From Bigelowiella natans CCMP2755 (lineage: Eukaryota; Protista; Cercozoa): a stretch of 35,517 nucleotides of DNA. Shown piece by piece: positions 1 to 12,000 of the stretch (position 1 is its first letter; the number at the start of each line of letters is the position of its first letter). The stretch is taken from positions 1 to 35,517 of the forward strand of contig ADNK01002422.1 in assembly GCA_000320545.1 (NCBI GenBank). Direction: 5' to 3'. Position numbers and translations under genes: made by a program. The notes under the pieces were generated by a model. It searched no databases. It saw only the letters and a list, made by a program, of their open reading frames with translations, and had not been told where the DNA came from.

Positions 1-31
<31 letters not shown>

Positions 32-47
32 TCATGTCCTGTGATAG

Positions 48-246
48 ATCTGCAAGATAAGGAGATGTCGCGCGTGGGATTTTGGTCTCAATTGAGCCCC
101 GTTCGGTTTCTCACGCCCCTGCCCTCTATGAAAGCGCATGTTGACTATGCGAGGGGTACCTTTGCCGCGGTCCGAGCTGTGGGGGGGGTAGAGCGGTGGC
201 TAGGTGCGTTTGGCCAGTGCTTGATGTGAATCGTGCGTGTGTGCGC

Positions 247-280
<34 letters not shown>

Positions 281-365
281 TTCGCGCAATCTGCTTGATG
301 CATGTCGCTTTTCGATTTTTTTGGCGTTTTCCGAGCTTAGCTGGTTTCAGCTCGTGCGAAACTAA

Positions 366-405
<40 letters not shown>

Positions 406-696
406 CTCTCTGTCTGTCTCTGTGTCTCTCTCTCTCTCTCCTCTTCCCCCCCCCTCCCAAATTGTAAAAAAGATTTTGTAGGAGATACAGGCAGGTTCGT
501 TCCACATACGAGACCCCTGCGCTCGTATATCACCCAAATGCAGCATCACCATACTTGGGCGCTTCTCGTACTTGTCTTGAGCGTCACAGGAATGGGGGCA
601 TCGATGCTAATGCGAATGATGATAGCATTGAAAGATAAAGGTTTCGTGGCGATTAGATCGGAAGGGACGGGGAGATCTAACCGCAAAACGATATAA
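48..696 (+). CDS. 3' two exons (48-203, 482-696) of a gene entering from the left; uncharacterised protein with a C-terminal transmembrane segment
   Basis: AG acceptor at 46-47, GT donor at 204 and AG at 480-481 join in frame: ...AVRAVGGVERWL-G-DTGRFVPH...WALLVLVLSVTGMGASMLMRMMIAL...RKTI, TAA at 694-696. The (GT)n and (CT)n tracts fall in the intron. Confidence 0.6.
236..440. repeat. (GT)n and (CT)n microsatellites in an intron; (TA)n at 1-28
   Basis: Directly visible dinucleotide runs. Confidence 0.95.
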
Positions 697-1511
697 AAAC
701 TCGCTGCAATTAGCACCTCATCTATGCACGCAGTTCTCATCATGTGAGGAATCATGTTGTCGCATGCGGTGTGATGCGTTTTCTTCTGATGCGCGTGTAT
801 CAAGTGCCTGCGCTGCGTTCTGCGACGATTTTTTTGGTGCTGCTATTGATAACAACGCGCCAGGTCGCTCGTCACAATTTCGACTGCGTGTGTGCAATTG
901 TATTGCATGTTGTGCAAGTCGCGTGCGGCCAATATGATGGACATGCAATACATTGAGCAATTACAATGCGTGTGCAGCACATGTTGTAGGTCATCACTAG
1001 TCATGGCTTGTCTAGCTTGTGTTGTGCTTCGCGGCGGTCTGAGCGTGCAAATTGGACTAGAGTTGTTGCATAGACTAGAATTGTTGGAAGACGACGTACA
1101 CAGAGAGAAAGACGCCCGCAGCCGACCATGCTTAGCCTAATTTGCACTCATATACACAATGCAACGCTAGAACGCCGCAATGGTTCCAACGCATCATGCT
1201 AGCATGTAAGCTTGAACCACAAACCATGCCAAGCAAGGTGAAGAATCTCTGTTCAATTCTACAGCACGTTCGCACCTTGCTACAATATATGGAAATATAG
1301 TGCATGCAATGTAGGCACATGATGAACATTGTGTGTGCAACACATATCGCCATGTACGGTGTCCATGGTTGCTTAGGCTGCTCCTAGTCGCATTAATGCA
1401 AACCAGAATTAGCTCACTCGTATTTTCTTTTCAGTTGAATGATCGCAAAGGTGCAGATGAATGGTGGCCAGGTGAGTGCTTACTAGCAATGCGATGCAAT
1501 TCCTGCATTGA

Positions 1512-2825
1512 CTAGAATTCATCGTCTTCGTCTCCCTCATCAAACTCCTCGACTTCATAATCTTCTTCAGCAATAACTTCATACCCGTGCTTGGTGAATA
1601 CAGCCTGCACTTCTTTCGAGCTCTTAGAAGCTCTAACGAAAGCGGGGTATCCGTCGTCGTCTACTATGTCATTCACATCGTCCTTCTTGCTATTCTTGAG
1701 CAAGATCTCAAGGCATTTTGCATGCCCATTCTCCACCGCTGGGTGTAGTCCATATCCTGGGTCAGCCCCCCGGTTGATAAGCTCATCGATTTTCGAATCC
1801 TCCCCCTTTGCAGCGGCTGCTTTCAGCTCCTCGCACATGGCCTGAAAGTCGTCTTCGCTCATCATTTTGTACCCGTGTTTCTCGAATGTAGCGTGGAATT
1901 GCTTAAACGGGAAGAGCTTGACGAAAATTGGGACCCCTGGGTCGACCCTGCTGTGGAGAACGTCTATCTCTGACATCTCCTCCAACAGATGATCAATGCA
2001 CTCGATGCAGCGATCCACTAAAGGCCCTTCCGAGCTCTCGCTGATGACAGGCCGGAGGCAATGGAAAATTGCTACTTTTCCATCGACGGCATATCCCGTC
2101 GGGTCTGCGCCTTTCTTGATGAGACTTTCCACCAGCTCTGGCTTAAGTTTGGAACAAGCATCACAAAGCTCTCTACTCAGGCCCTCCACGCGCGCCTGCT
2201 CCTTCGTGTCTTCGCCTTCCTTCTTCGCTTTCGCGAGGGCGGACTTGGCAGCGCTGAGAGTATCCCACACAAACTCCCAGCGACGCTTGTTGAATTCTTT
2301 CCATGTTACTGGTGTTTTCCGAACCGTTCCCTTCCACGGATTGGGGTTGTCACTGCTTTTTACGTCTCCAGGGGTCCTCAGAGCCAAATACGCGACTTTT
2401 TGAATGTCCGCTCCGTCGTCATCCTTTGCCACGATCTCACTGGGCTGCATGTACGGTGCGAGTATTTTGGCGCAGTCCCAAGCTTTGGTCCTGATTGCGT
2501 GCAGTAGCAACGTCCCATCGCTAGAGCCCAGCTTGCATTTTCTGCTGTAGTCCCTCTTCTTCACGCAAGCCTCCAGACACAGTTTCAGGCAATCAGGATC
2601 ATGGTCGTTAACGCACATCTCTGTCACGTTGAAGCTACGGCAAGCTTTTAGCGGTGTGAGAGCGTTCGCTCCTTTAGCGAGCAGGTCCTTGAATTTCTTC
2701 AATTCTTCGTCCATTTTCCCCTGAAACTTCGCTCTGTCTTCGGTCAACCTGCTTTTGTATTTCTGGCGAGCAGACTGAGCGGTGCACAGGGCAGCGTCGA
2801 GCTTCTTGTCATCAAGGTCGGTCAT
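1512..2825 (-). CDS. Intronless ankyrin-repeat-containing protein (437 aa from the ATG at 2825) with an acidic C-tail
   Basis: Ankyrin-like motifs DGTLLLHAIRTKAWDCAKIL, LVESLIKKGADP..DGKVAIFH, ELINRGADP.YGLHPAVENGHAKCLEILLK, DDDGYPAFVRA. The first in-frame ATG is at 2825 (MTDLDDKK); TAG stop at 1512-1514. Confidence 0.8.
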   Translation of the reverse strand: MTDLDDKKLDAALCTAQSARQKYKSRLTEDRAKFQGKMDEELKKFKDLLAKGANALTPLKACRSFNVTEMCVNDHDPDCLKLCLEACVKKRDYSRKCKLGSSDGTLLLHAIRTKAWDCAKILAPYMQPSEIVAKDDDGADIQKVAYLALRTPGDVKSSDNPNPWKGTVRKTPVTWKEFNKRRWEFVWDTLSAAKSALAKAKKEGEDTKEQARVEGLSRELCDACSKLKPELVESLIKKGADPTGYAVDGKVAIFHCLRPVISESSEGPLVDRCIECIDHLLEEMSEIDVLHSRVDPGVPIFVKLFPFKQFHATFEKHGYKMMSEDDFQAMCEELKAAAAKGEDSKIDELINRGADPGYGLHPAVENGHAKCLEILLKNSKKDDVNDIVDDDGYPAFVRASKSSKEVQAVFTKHGYEVIAEEDYEVEEFDEGDEDDEF

Positions 2826-5588
2826 CGCTGAACCGGCGATTGGGTGGTTTGGTGTACGTGGGATGGAGACGGCGGTGTCTACGAGCTCTGTGTCCTCCCG
2901 AAAATATCTTCTGTACAAGGTGTATCTATCTTATCTTGCGGGTAGGTAGGTAGGGGTAGGCGTACCTCACAGCGAACGCGACGAATTGAAAAAGCCAATC
3001 GTTTTCTTCCCTGCGACAAGCAAGCATCCATGTCGCATGTCCTTGTCATTTTCGGGGATCTTCTAACGTGGAGATGCTCCAGAGACTACCCCAGCTGGCG
3101 ATCAACACAATTGAGGAATCCGAGGCATCCTTTTACGAGGTGCGACATCGACTTTGTGATTTCGTATCAGCATATTGCCGGGGATTTTTATTTCCTAAGT
3201 TTCCCTTTGATGGGTTTGACAGCTGCCGCTTTCAAAGGAGCACCTCCCTGCCTCGACTTCTTTCTCCCCCTTCGGTTTTCCCTTCCCAGCTTGACAGAGA
3301 AGGACGGGACTCCGGAGTTGCACCGCTTGCAGATTGGGCACGGACAGGTTCCTCAAGACGGAGGATATGGGGTCTAAACGACGAGGTTCCGTTTCATGTA
3401 ACACCTTGCTTGTACATTTGAAAAAGTCACTTCGTCGCATGCCACGCTCGCAGCGGAGCTGCTACCTTTGAGCAACTCTTCCGAATGAACTCAAAATTCG
3501 ACACAAGATCTCGCGTTCATCTCACTATCTAACTGCTCTCCATGCTTCCTCGAAATATAGAGTACTTGTGTTGAGAGTCGTCTTTTTCCTTGTTGGTGAT
3601 GCTGTTCTCTTTACTCTCTACTTACCACATCTTGTGCTCCTAGTACTAGAGTGCGTCGAGCTGGACACACGGCACAGCTATTTTTCGCTAGATCCTATCA
3701 AAAGTGTACCTCCGATGCCGAGGTTGGTTTAAAGAGTGAGATGCCCGCCGTTTATTACCCGAATTGTGAAAGAGTTATTCGCCTTTCGATGTCACTCGAT
3801 AATATGATTTTGATATAAATATTATGAGAGAATAACATGACAATAATGAATAGATTGATCAGCGCGATCCATGAAACATGATCGTGTTTCCCTATGCTGT
3901 AATCACGATTAGGATCCCGTACTGCCTGGAAGGCGATAAAAATATTCGCGTCATTAATTTGAGGTTGTGTTGGAAGGCATGCATGCAATACATTGTACTC
4001 ATAATTTTTGTATGTCTTGGAATAGCTTTCTTCTTTTTCTGGTTTACGTAGTAATAGGACAATGCAACTTTTAGTAAGTTACATGCCCTCATTAGTGGGA
4101 AGGACGAATAAGTTTTTAGAGCATAAGTTGCACCCGTTTGTGAGAGCTAACACATAATCCAGACTAGCAAAAGCGCTCATATCGTACATTGCCCATTACT
4201 TTTGATCATACGTGAAAATTGCATCTGTGCAATGTGACACGATTTGTATGTGTCCAAATCTAGAAATAGACAAATGGTCGCTTGCGTAAGCAAGCAGGTG
4301 AATAGGAATCCAAGATGCGCTTGGTGTCGTGTTGCTTCCGCGCTAGCGTGGCGGACTGTTGCCGACTGCGGGAGTACGTGTCAATTTTTCCTGAGAGCCT
4401 ACATATATATTAGGGCTCTCTGTTTCCCAATATACGTTACGCTCAAAAATGCACTTTACATTTCCAATGATGAGATGCCATCATGCTGCCGGAACGGAAT
4501 GACTACCACACCCCACAAAAAATCCCCTACCACTCGCGGTAGCAAAAATGCCAAAAGAATGCAATTCGTAATTTTGCCCACTGCGGACTTACTGCCGAAC
4601 TATTTTGCTATTTTCTTGACTAGTTGAAATGACGTCGCGTTTGTTTACTGCACGGCGAAGACACTGCTAAACTGGGCTAGTGCGGCTCTCGCGTCGCTAC
4701 GTACAGCACGCATTTATTTGATTTGCAGCTGCAATTCTAGAATGCATGTGCGCGCAACTACTAGACTAGCTTGGAAACCCCACACAAGTGCGCACACACA
4801 TTGTAGCAACCACATGCACAAGCTCTCTAGCTCTGTTGTTAGTCTGGGATGAACATTTGCTGTGTCTAAATGTGTTTCACTAGTTCAGAGGGCACACAGA
4901 ACGAAGCGCACAGGAATGTTCAGGCAGCTAGTGCGTGGCAGAAACGTCTACTTGACAACACGCAAGCTAGAGCTTGGCTCACTGTGCTTGCATCAAATCG
5001 GCTGCGACCTGCTGGCTAGCTGCTAGCTGGTGCATGATCCTACGTACCGTTTGGCTGCTAAACATATCCGCTGCTAGCTAGTTAGCTACATATATCACAG
5101 ATCATGCTGCATCGGCAAGTCATTATAGTCACTAGTCAAGCCGGCTACGCTTAGCTAGCTAGCTGGCGACTCTGTCAGCGGCTGCCATAATAATGTACAA
5201 ATGCACTAGGTCACTGGACATGACTAGATAATTCTAGCCAAGCTGCTGGCGTAGCTAGCGTAGCCGCACTACTAGCAGTAGATAGCGCATGTCCCATGTT
5301 GAACACTAGAATACTATGCCAAATAAACGCAAAAATCGAATCAAACATTGCCATCAATCCAGTCTTACGGCATGCTGTACATGGTGTTCAAGGAGTCCAG
5401 GGACTTAGGTGCTATATTTATGGCAGTATTGATTAGCGCCTTGCAAAATATGAGCAGGTACTTATGCAACTGCAACCATACACATCATTGCATATCTTCC
5501 GCCACACCTTGCGAATTACAGCGAACGTAACCATTATAGGTCTCAGCGGCTATCATTCTAGTTTACACTGTCGTAGCATCTTCAACTG

Positions 5589-7064
5589 CTAGCTCGACTT
5601 CTTCGCTGCCGCCTCCTCTTTGTACGCCTTCTTGAACATACTTAGCGCTTGCGAACCACGTGACACCGCATGCTTTGCCAGCTCCCCAGGAAGCAACAAC
5701 CTATAATGAATCGTAAATATGGTTAAATTCTTTACAGAGACAGAGGCGAGTGAAGTATGCTCTTTCTCCTCTCCCTCTCTCTCTCTCTCCCTCTCCCGCT
5801 ATTTACATATATTTTCCTTTCCTGCGGTAGATGTGATTGATGGCTGAAGAAAATGTCCCGCAAAGTTTCTTTGCGCGATTTGTAGAGATGGGAAATCTTC
5901 TAGAAAAAACTCTTTCCATATTATTTTTGACAGTGCAAATTCGATCCTACACCCTTAGGTGCATAGACCATCCCCATTTGTGAAGTGAGCTACCTGACTC
6001 CGGCTTGTATCTCGCGCGCGGTGAGGGTTGTTTTTCGGTGGAGCGAGAGCATTCTCGAAGCCTTAAATATCGATTTGCAATTTTATGAATTCGCGACCCC
6101 GAGCATATGCAACATCCTCGGAGAATTTCATTTAGAGAGTCTCCAGAAAATACATGAACATCAATCAGCACGTGTTACTTCGTATTAGAGTAAAAGATGC
6201 CAAGGGCGAGCTGATGGTGAGATACTGGCATAGCGCACAGAGACCTCTACCAACGCATCATTAAAGGAATTCAGCGTCACTACCTCCTCCGCTATCTTTT
6301 CAAATTGATCTTGCACAAAGGAGTTCATCACGCCCATGGCCTTCTTCGAGATACGAACATCTGGATGGATTTGCTTCAGCACCTACTCGCAGCAATGCGG
6401 CAAATCATATCGTTCGTTCATTTTATAATTTAGGGAAAAAACAACTTGAACGCGCGAATGGTTGGCAGAAAGAGGGGACAAGCGGGGGGGTTGGGGGTGG
6501 GGGGGCGGAAGAGAACTAGCGCCAATTAATTACCGCATAGATTTTGGAGGAGGGTACAATGAGGGGCACTTTGCTCGGCTTTCTCTTTCCCTTTTTGCAA
6601 AGAGTGGGGGCTGTAAATGATGGCGATGTACTCCTATTTCCTAGCAGGAGGATGGTTGGGAAGGCTACACAGGCGATCGCGAAGATAGCCAGAATGGCGG
6701 AGCTCCGTCTCCTACCAGCCACACGTGTTCGCGTACTGCTTCTAGGTAAATAACTGTGTTGTACAGTTGCTGGAAGGGGGGACCATCTATATTATAAAAA
6801 ATATGGAACAGTTTTAGTTTTACATTCCTTTCCGCTACCATTGGCAGCAAGATTAGGCCTGTCTTCCCAATTTCCAGATGTTTTACCACGCCTATCTTTC
6901 CAATTTTCCCAAGTGATTCAAAGCATAATATATACAACAATAGCTAAACTAGCTAAACCAATGTCGCTTTTGAAGGAAGAAACTCTAGAAGTGATATGCT
7001 CTAGCAACTATCATAGAAGGTACTCTGGGCAGAAACGCCCCTGCTGGTACCTCATGTCCGCCAT
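5589..7064 (-). CDS. H2B: Histone H2B variant with an N-terminal signal/bipartite presequence (probably nucleomorph-targeted); exons 7064-7051, 6786-6534, 6382-6284, 6061-5994, 5700-5589
   Basis: Spliced core [79 protein letters not shown] is a clear H2B fold. All introns are GT-AG and the exons total 546 nt. The 14-nt first exon (MADMR) is tentative. Confidence 0.9.
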
Positions 7065-7320
7065 TTTTCATTGATTTGTAAGACTTATTTCTTTACTCTG
7101 AGCATGCGGGAAAACCCCAAAATTGTATTTTTCGCTGAATATTTGGGAATATTTAACATCAACGGCATTCATTTTGTCCTACAAAGAAGCGAAAATTGAG
7201 AATTCCGACGACGAGATCTCGCTGCTTGATCTTCGAGATATGCAGGGGAGCCTTATTTTTTGAGAATATGCAAGAGAAAACAGTTGTCGCATTCTAAAAT
7301 GTCCATCCATTTTTAACTTA

Positions 7321-9060
7321 TTCGTTTGGAAAAGTGCGGTTTCGATGTTCCCCGAAGATTCCTGCAAAAAAGGATCAGAGATGCCGCTCTAGCGCTTGCG
7401 AAATCGAGCAGAGTCGATCTGCTAGCTGGAGGCCGAGAGATCTCATTCATTCATCCCGGACATCCACCTGCGGCATCGCAAACTCGAAGAGGAAGAAAAA
7501 TGATGGGACGGATGAGAAGAAACAGAGAACGGTTGTGGAGAATGACGAACTAGCGAAGAAAGTGACGTTGAGGACAAGGAGGAAGACGAAGAGGAAGCCA
7601 CCGCTCTGCGATGCATGAACTCTGGAGCTCTGCTTGCACTGGCGTGGCACGGTTCAAGCAACACATGACAGCCCGCCAGAATCATCAGAACGAGACTCCC
7701 TAGCTAGCTAGCTCCTCTGAGAGGACTTGGACTGCTCTGGTGCTGGACTGCAGACTGCCAGACACAACCCTCTGGCTAGCTGGCCATGGCTGGCTAGCTG
7801 GACTGCTAGACTGGTGGAGCCGAGTTTGAAAAGCCCGAACCTGTTTCACACATGAAAGGCACACTTCTCCAGCTAGCTAGCTAGCTAGGTCTAGGCGCAG
7901 ACCCACCACAACTGCATCAATCCCGGTGACGAGTGGGTTTTGAACAAACTGTGCTTTGCGCGTGCGGCCTGGCGCGCTCAATCGTTGCAATTGGACATTG
8001 GAAGCACACTGGAGCCTGTTTGAGGTTCAAATTTGATTTTTTTTTCGAATTTCAGCTTGAAAACCTCACTTTTCAACGCCTGCCAGCGGGCGAAAATTGA
8101 AAAATTCTCACCACTTTTGAACACGCTGGCGCATTTGCATTTGTGTGCCACAAGTTTTGCAAGCTCATGAGGGTGTGCACACACTAGCTTCATGGACGTG
8201 CGAAGTTTCAGCACACGCACACGCAAAAAGCATGCACCTGGGCGCACATGAACGCGCAAAGCTGTGCTCAATGACTCTTGATGAAAAATTCATGCCATTC
8301 GATGACAGACACAGCAATGCACAATGCATGTTGTGATGACAGAAACAGCAATGTACAACACACATCATGCACATGGTGCATTGCATGTCCATCATTTCGT
8401 TGCCCATTTGATGCAGTTGTGACTAGCTAGCTAGCTAGCTCCAGAGCTAGCTAGCCAGAGACGTCGAGGACGTCGACGGCGCAAGCTAGCAAGCTAGCAA
8501 GCTCAACCGCGCACTCCAGCACAGCACGCTCCATTGCTAGCACTGGAGTATTCTGGCATTGCGCTTGTGCACGTTGTTCTCACCAGCCAGCCCTAGCTAG
8601 CTAGAGCCATGCAGCTAGCCAGTCTAGCAGTCCACTCCACAAGCCCATCTCTAGATCTAGCCATTTGGCCAGCTCCCGCCAGCGCTCCAGATCAGCAAAG
8701 CAGTGGATCTAGCTAGCTAGCTAACGTCAGTGCGCATGTCTAGATGTGCACACAAACCGCAATTTCAAAAAAACACCAGCACGAAACCTAGCTGCCGTGT
8801 TCTAATGTTGCAGAAAATGCACATTTCTAGATTTGAATGCACATGCTGCATGCACTCATTCCTAGAATTGTCGAATCGCAATGATGTCAGACAACATAGG
8901 CGTTTCACCAATGGTAGATCGCAAAACCAACATTTGTACATTTGGCAACACTCGAAGTTCGCGATGAGGATTCTAGCTTGTTGCAAATTCCAACATGATG
9001 TTGTGGCGAAGAATTTCCACACCTACTCTTGCCTAAAATTACTAGATTGGTTTACAGTGA
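7321..9060. other. TpA-depleted, CTAG-enriched degenerate intergenic island (probably mutated repeat/TE relic)
   Basis: Manual count over 7321-8353: 15 TpA, all inside CTAG. (CTAG)n arrays with CTGG/CCAG variants; CpG retained. Confidence 0.85.
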
Positions 9061-9069
9061 CCTCTAGTT

Positions 9070-12000
9070 CTAATCCACTGGCACAAAATCTCTATCGGAG
9101 TTCTGGGACTTCACTCGTGTGAAAGGGGGTCGTGGCCTCATTGAAAGCGGAGGGGGACTCCTCTTAGCACGAGAAACTGGAGCCTTTCGAGAAGGAAGAG
9201 CGGGAGCCTTTCGCGCGGGAAGAGGCGGCGGAGATCTAGCCGAAGTATACTGACGCTTATTGCCAGCTGTATTTGAATGACCTGCTATTTCGAGGTAAAA
9301 ACTATACTTATGCATTTCAATGTAAAAGGTCTTTCTTTTATGATGAGTACCTAATGGTCCTGTGCTGTCAGAATCAATATTATGAAGAGATCCCATCTCC
9401 GACAAGATGTTCCCAGCACTAAGGTCGTTGAGCGACCCCTTGCTGTTGGCATCTCTATCAATGGAAGATGACATACGTGACACCAAATCTCCGGCTTGAT
9501 GCATTATCTTCATGTCAGCATTTTTGCCGAAGTTGCGGTTAAAACTATTGATAGATAAAAGTACGATTAGTTAGGTGACATCCAAAATACTAAATTAGAA
9601 TTCGAAAGTTATCAGACTCGGCAACGCGCTGCTCAGTTTCCTTCTTCTGCTTGTACCATCGTAAAAAACAATATGCACCTAATTTATCAAGACATTCACT
9701 CATTATTTTCGAAGGCTCCGCACAATTTAAATAAGTTTATTGCTACCCAATACAATACAAACAAGAGCCACAAATCCTCCAACGACCCCGCCAATCGTCG
9801 GAGCCATGTCGGTCTCTCCAGACGATCCAGATGAATTATCAAAGGGTCTCAGAATCCTTCACATTTATTAATATCAAGTAAAATATAATGCGTAATGCAT
9901 ATATATAAAAAAAATAGAATTTGTAATTCGCATACGTCGGAGAGACGGTCGGGGAAAACGTAGTAGAGACAATAACATTCTCAGTCCTACCGCCGAAGTC
10001 AAAGCTGGACGATCCTATTGCATGGGTAAGGTAAAGTCGCCATATGAAAATCCATTTTATAAACGCGAAACATTTACATATTTACATATAAGACAAACTT
10101 AAAACATTTATGATTTTTTCCAGCTTCACGGCTGACGGATTACTTCCACATCGATAAACAATATTCACCTTTGATGGTATGGTATTGAATTGCGTCCTCG
10201 GATCCTACCGCCCAGATGAACTAAGACAATTTGTAAATTGAAACTTGTGTAAAACTTCTCCTGATGCTATATATAGGCCTAGAATATTGTATGATTTTAT
10301 TTTTTTGAGAATTAATTTTGACCAAGGTCTCATCTTCAGTGTTATAGGAGTTGAAGTCAAGCACGAGTGGACGTATATACGAGATGTTCGTTATTCCGCC
10401 AATTTCCGTGCAGGACAAGTCCGTGTACAGGTCACTCAGATCACTACTTTCGAAAATTCCGCTGACGCTTTGAGAGAATAAGTTTAAGCTTTAGACAGAA
10501 GAAACACCTAGCGTTTGGAAACAGTCGCATTTTAGTGGAACTTGTTTGCCGATGCTCGTGGAATGTATCAACCATCGCTGGAGCAATACGCGAAGTCAGA
10601 GTGCGCCCCAACCATCTGAGCTTGGGTTTGAGATCTAGAAACGCCGAATCCTATGTAACCGAGCGTCCGTGCAGTGAATTTCATTGAAATGCTGGTGCCT
10701 GACAACCACGCCATGATTTGAATATTATCCTGCATCTTGATCCATCATTCAATCCTCTTTACTAGTATTCATAGGGAGGAATAATACTCACCGTCGTGGG
10801 ACCAGAACATGGTCAGATCAGATGCCAACTCTATACTGCAGCTATATGAATTGGGCTGAAGATCGAAAACTAGACAACCTGGCCAATGAGGAACATAGAA
10901 TCTGTACTTTGCAGAAGTTACAAAGAATGCACATTCATTAAAACTTACGATCGGCAAGTGGCACAGGCGCAAAAGTTGGTGCAAGCCCTAGCTGGACTAC
11001 ATTGTCGGTTCCTCCCCCAAAGCTAATGACAGTGGTTCCTAAGTAGCGATAACACCCGATGATGCGTCTTCTCTTGATTGGAATGTATTAGTGTCAAATG
11101 TCGACCAGAAAAAATGTGGCGTTGCAACAAATCATCTCCATCATCGCCGATAGCCCAAACCACCTAAAACCAGTATTTCATTCGCATTCGACGAACAATT
11201 CTGAGAAGGAATGTATCATTATCAACTTACATTTTGTGGTGTCAGATCGATAGGATTGTCAGTGTCGGAAAGAAACCGCTGGAATTTGATAGTCGTAACC
11301 CTTTATATCCATCATATGAAGCTATGCTTAGTTTATACACCTATGCACTTCACACAAAATGCTACACACCCATTCAACTCAGTGCACGAAACGCCCGTGT
11401 AGTCAATATTATTGTTGACAAGTCCTCTGACGTCCGTTTGGGTGAGCTTGTAGTTAGCGATTATAGCTTGGCCTTTTTCCCAGAGCATAAAGACAATGAA
11501 GACAGTAGATGATTAGCAGGAATATTAGAGTAAGGAATATTTCCTTTTAGACAATTTATTTGTTGCTAGTTTGCAGGTAAGAAGCTCTAACCGTCACTAC
11601 TGCACCAAGCATAATCAGCGTCCGACGGAATCATTGTAGCCGGTGATGTTGGGGAAATGCCCAACCCTAGCCATCCTGATATTATACAGAACGTACAGAA
11701 CGTGGTATTAAACGTGCTTTTCACCATAGGCTAGTGCTACATACCAGTTGTGCGTCCTACAAATTGCATTGATATACGGCTCCCTTTCAAAATAATACAA
11801 TAACACACATATTCATTAATTTTTATGAAAACATACTGAAGGTGTATAGGCTTGAAACGTTTAAATGAATATCACACAATAACTGGTGGAGAAAATGTTA
11901 TTTATTCAGATTAAAGTTGAAAGTTTGTGTCAGTTACCATCATGCGACCAGAAGACTTGGAATGTAGACGTTAGAGACACTGCACATCGGTAAGTTGCGC

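Noticed and set aside
126-552. ERERER/THTHTH ORFs
   Set aside because: Translations of intronic dinucleotide microsatellites
3030-3440. ORFs of 115-117 aa upstream of the ankyrin gene
   Set aside because: No recognisable motifs or consistent splice chain; may be a relic
8030-8120. Possible transposon terminus (ttttcaacgcctgccagcgggcgaaaatt)
   Set aside because: No partner inverted repeat, target-site duplication or transposase found in the window
7321-9060. Explaining the islands by CpG methylation decay or RIP
   Set aside because: CpG is retained and TpA is lost, whereas RIP creates TpA
10491-10493. TAA reassigned to a sense codon (alternative genetic code)
   Set aside because: Only one in-frame TAA across all the coding sequence read, and TAA appears to terminate the gene at 694-696
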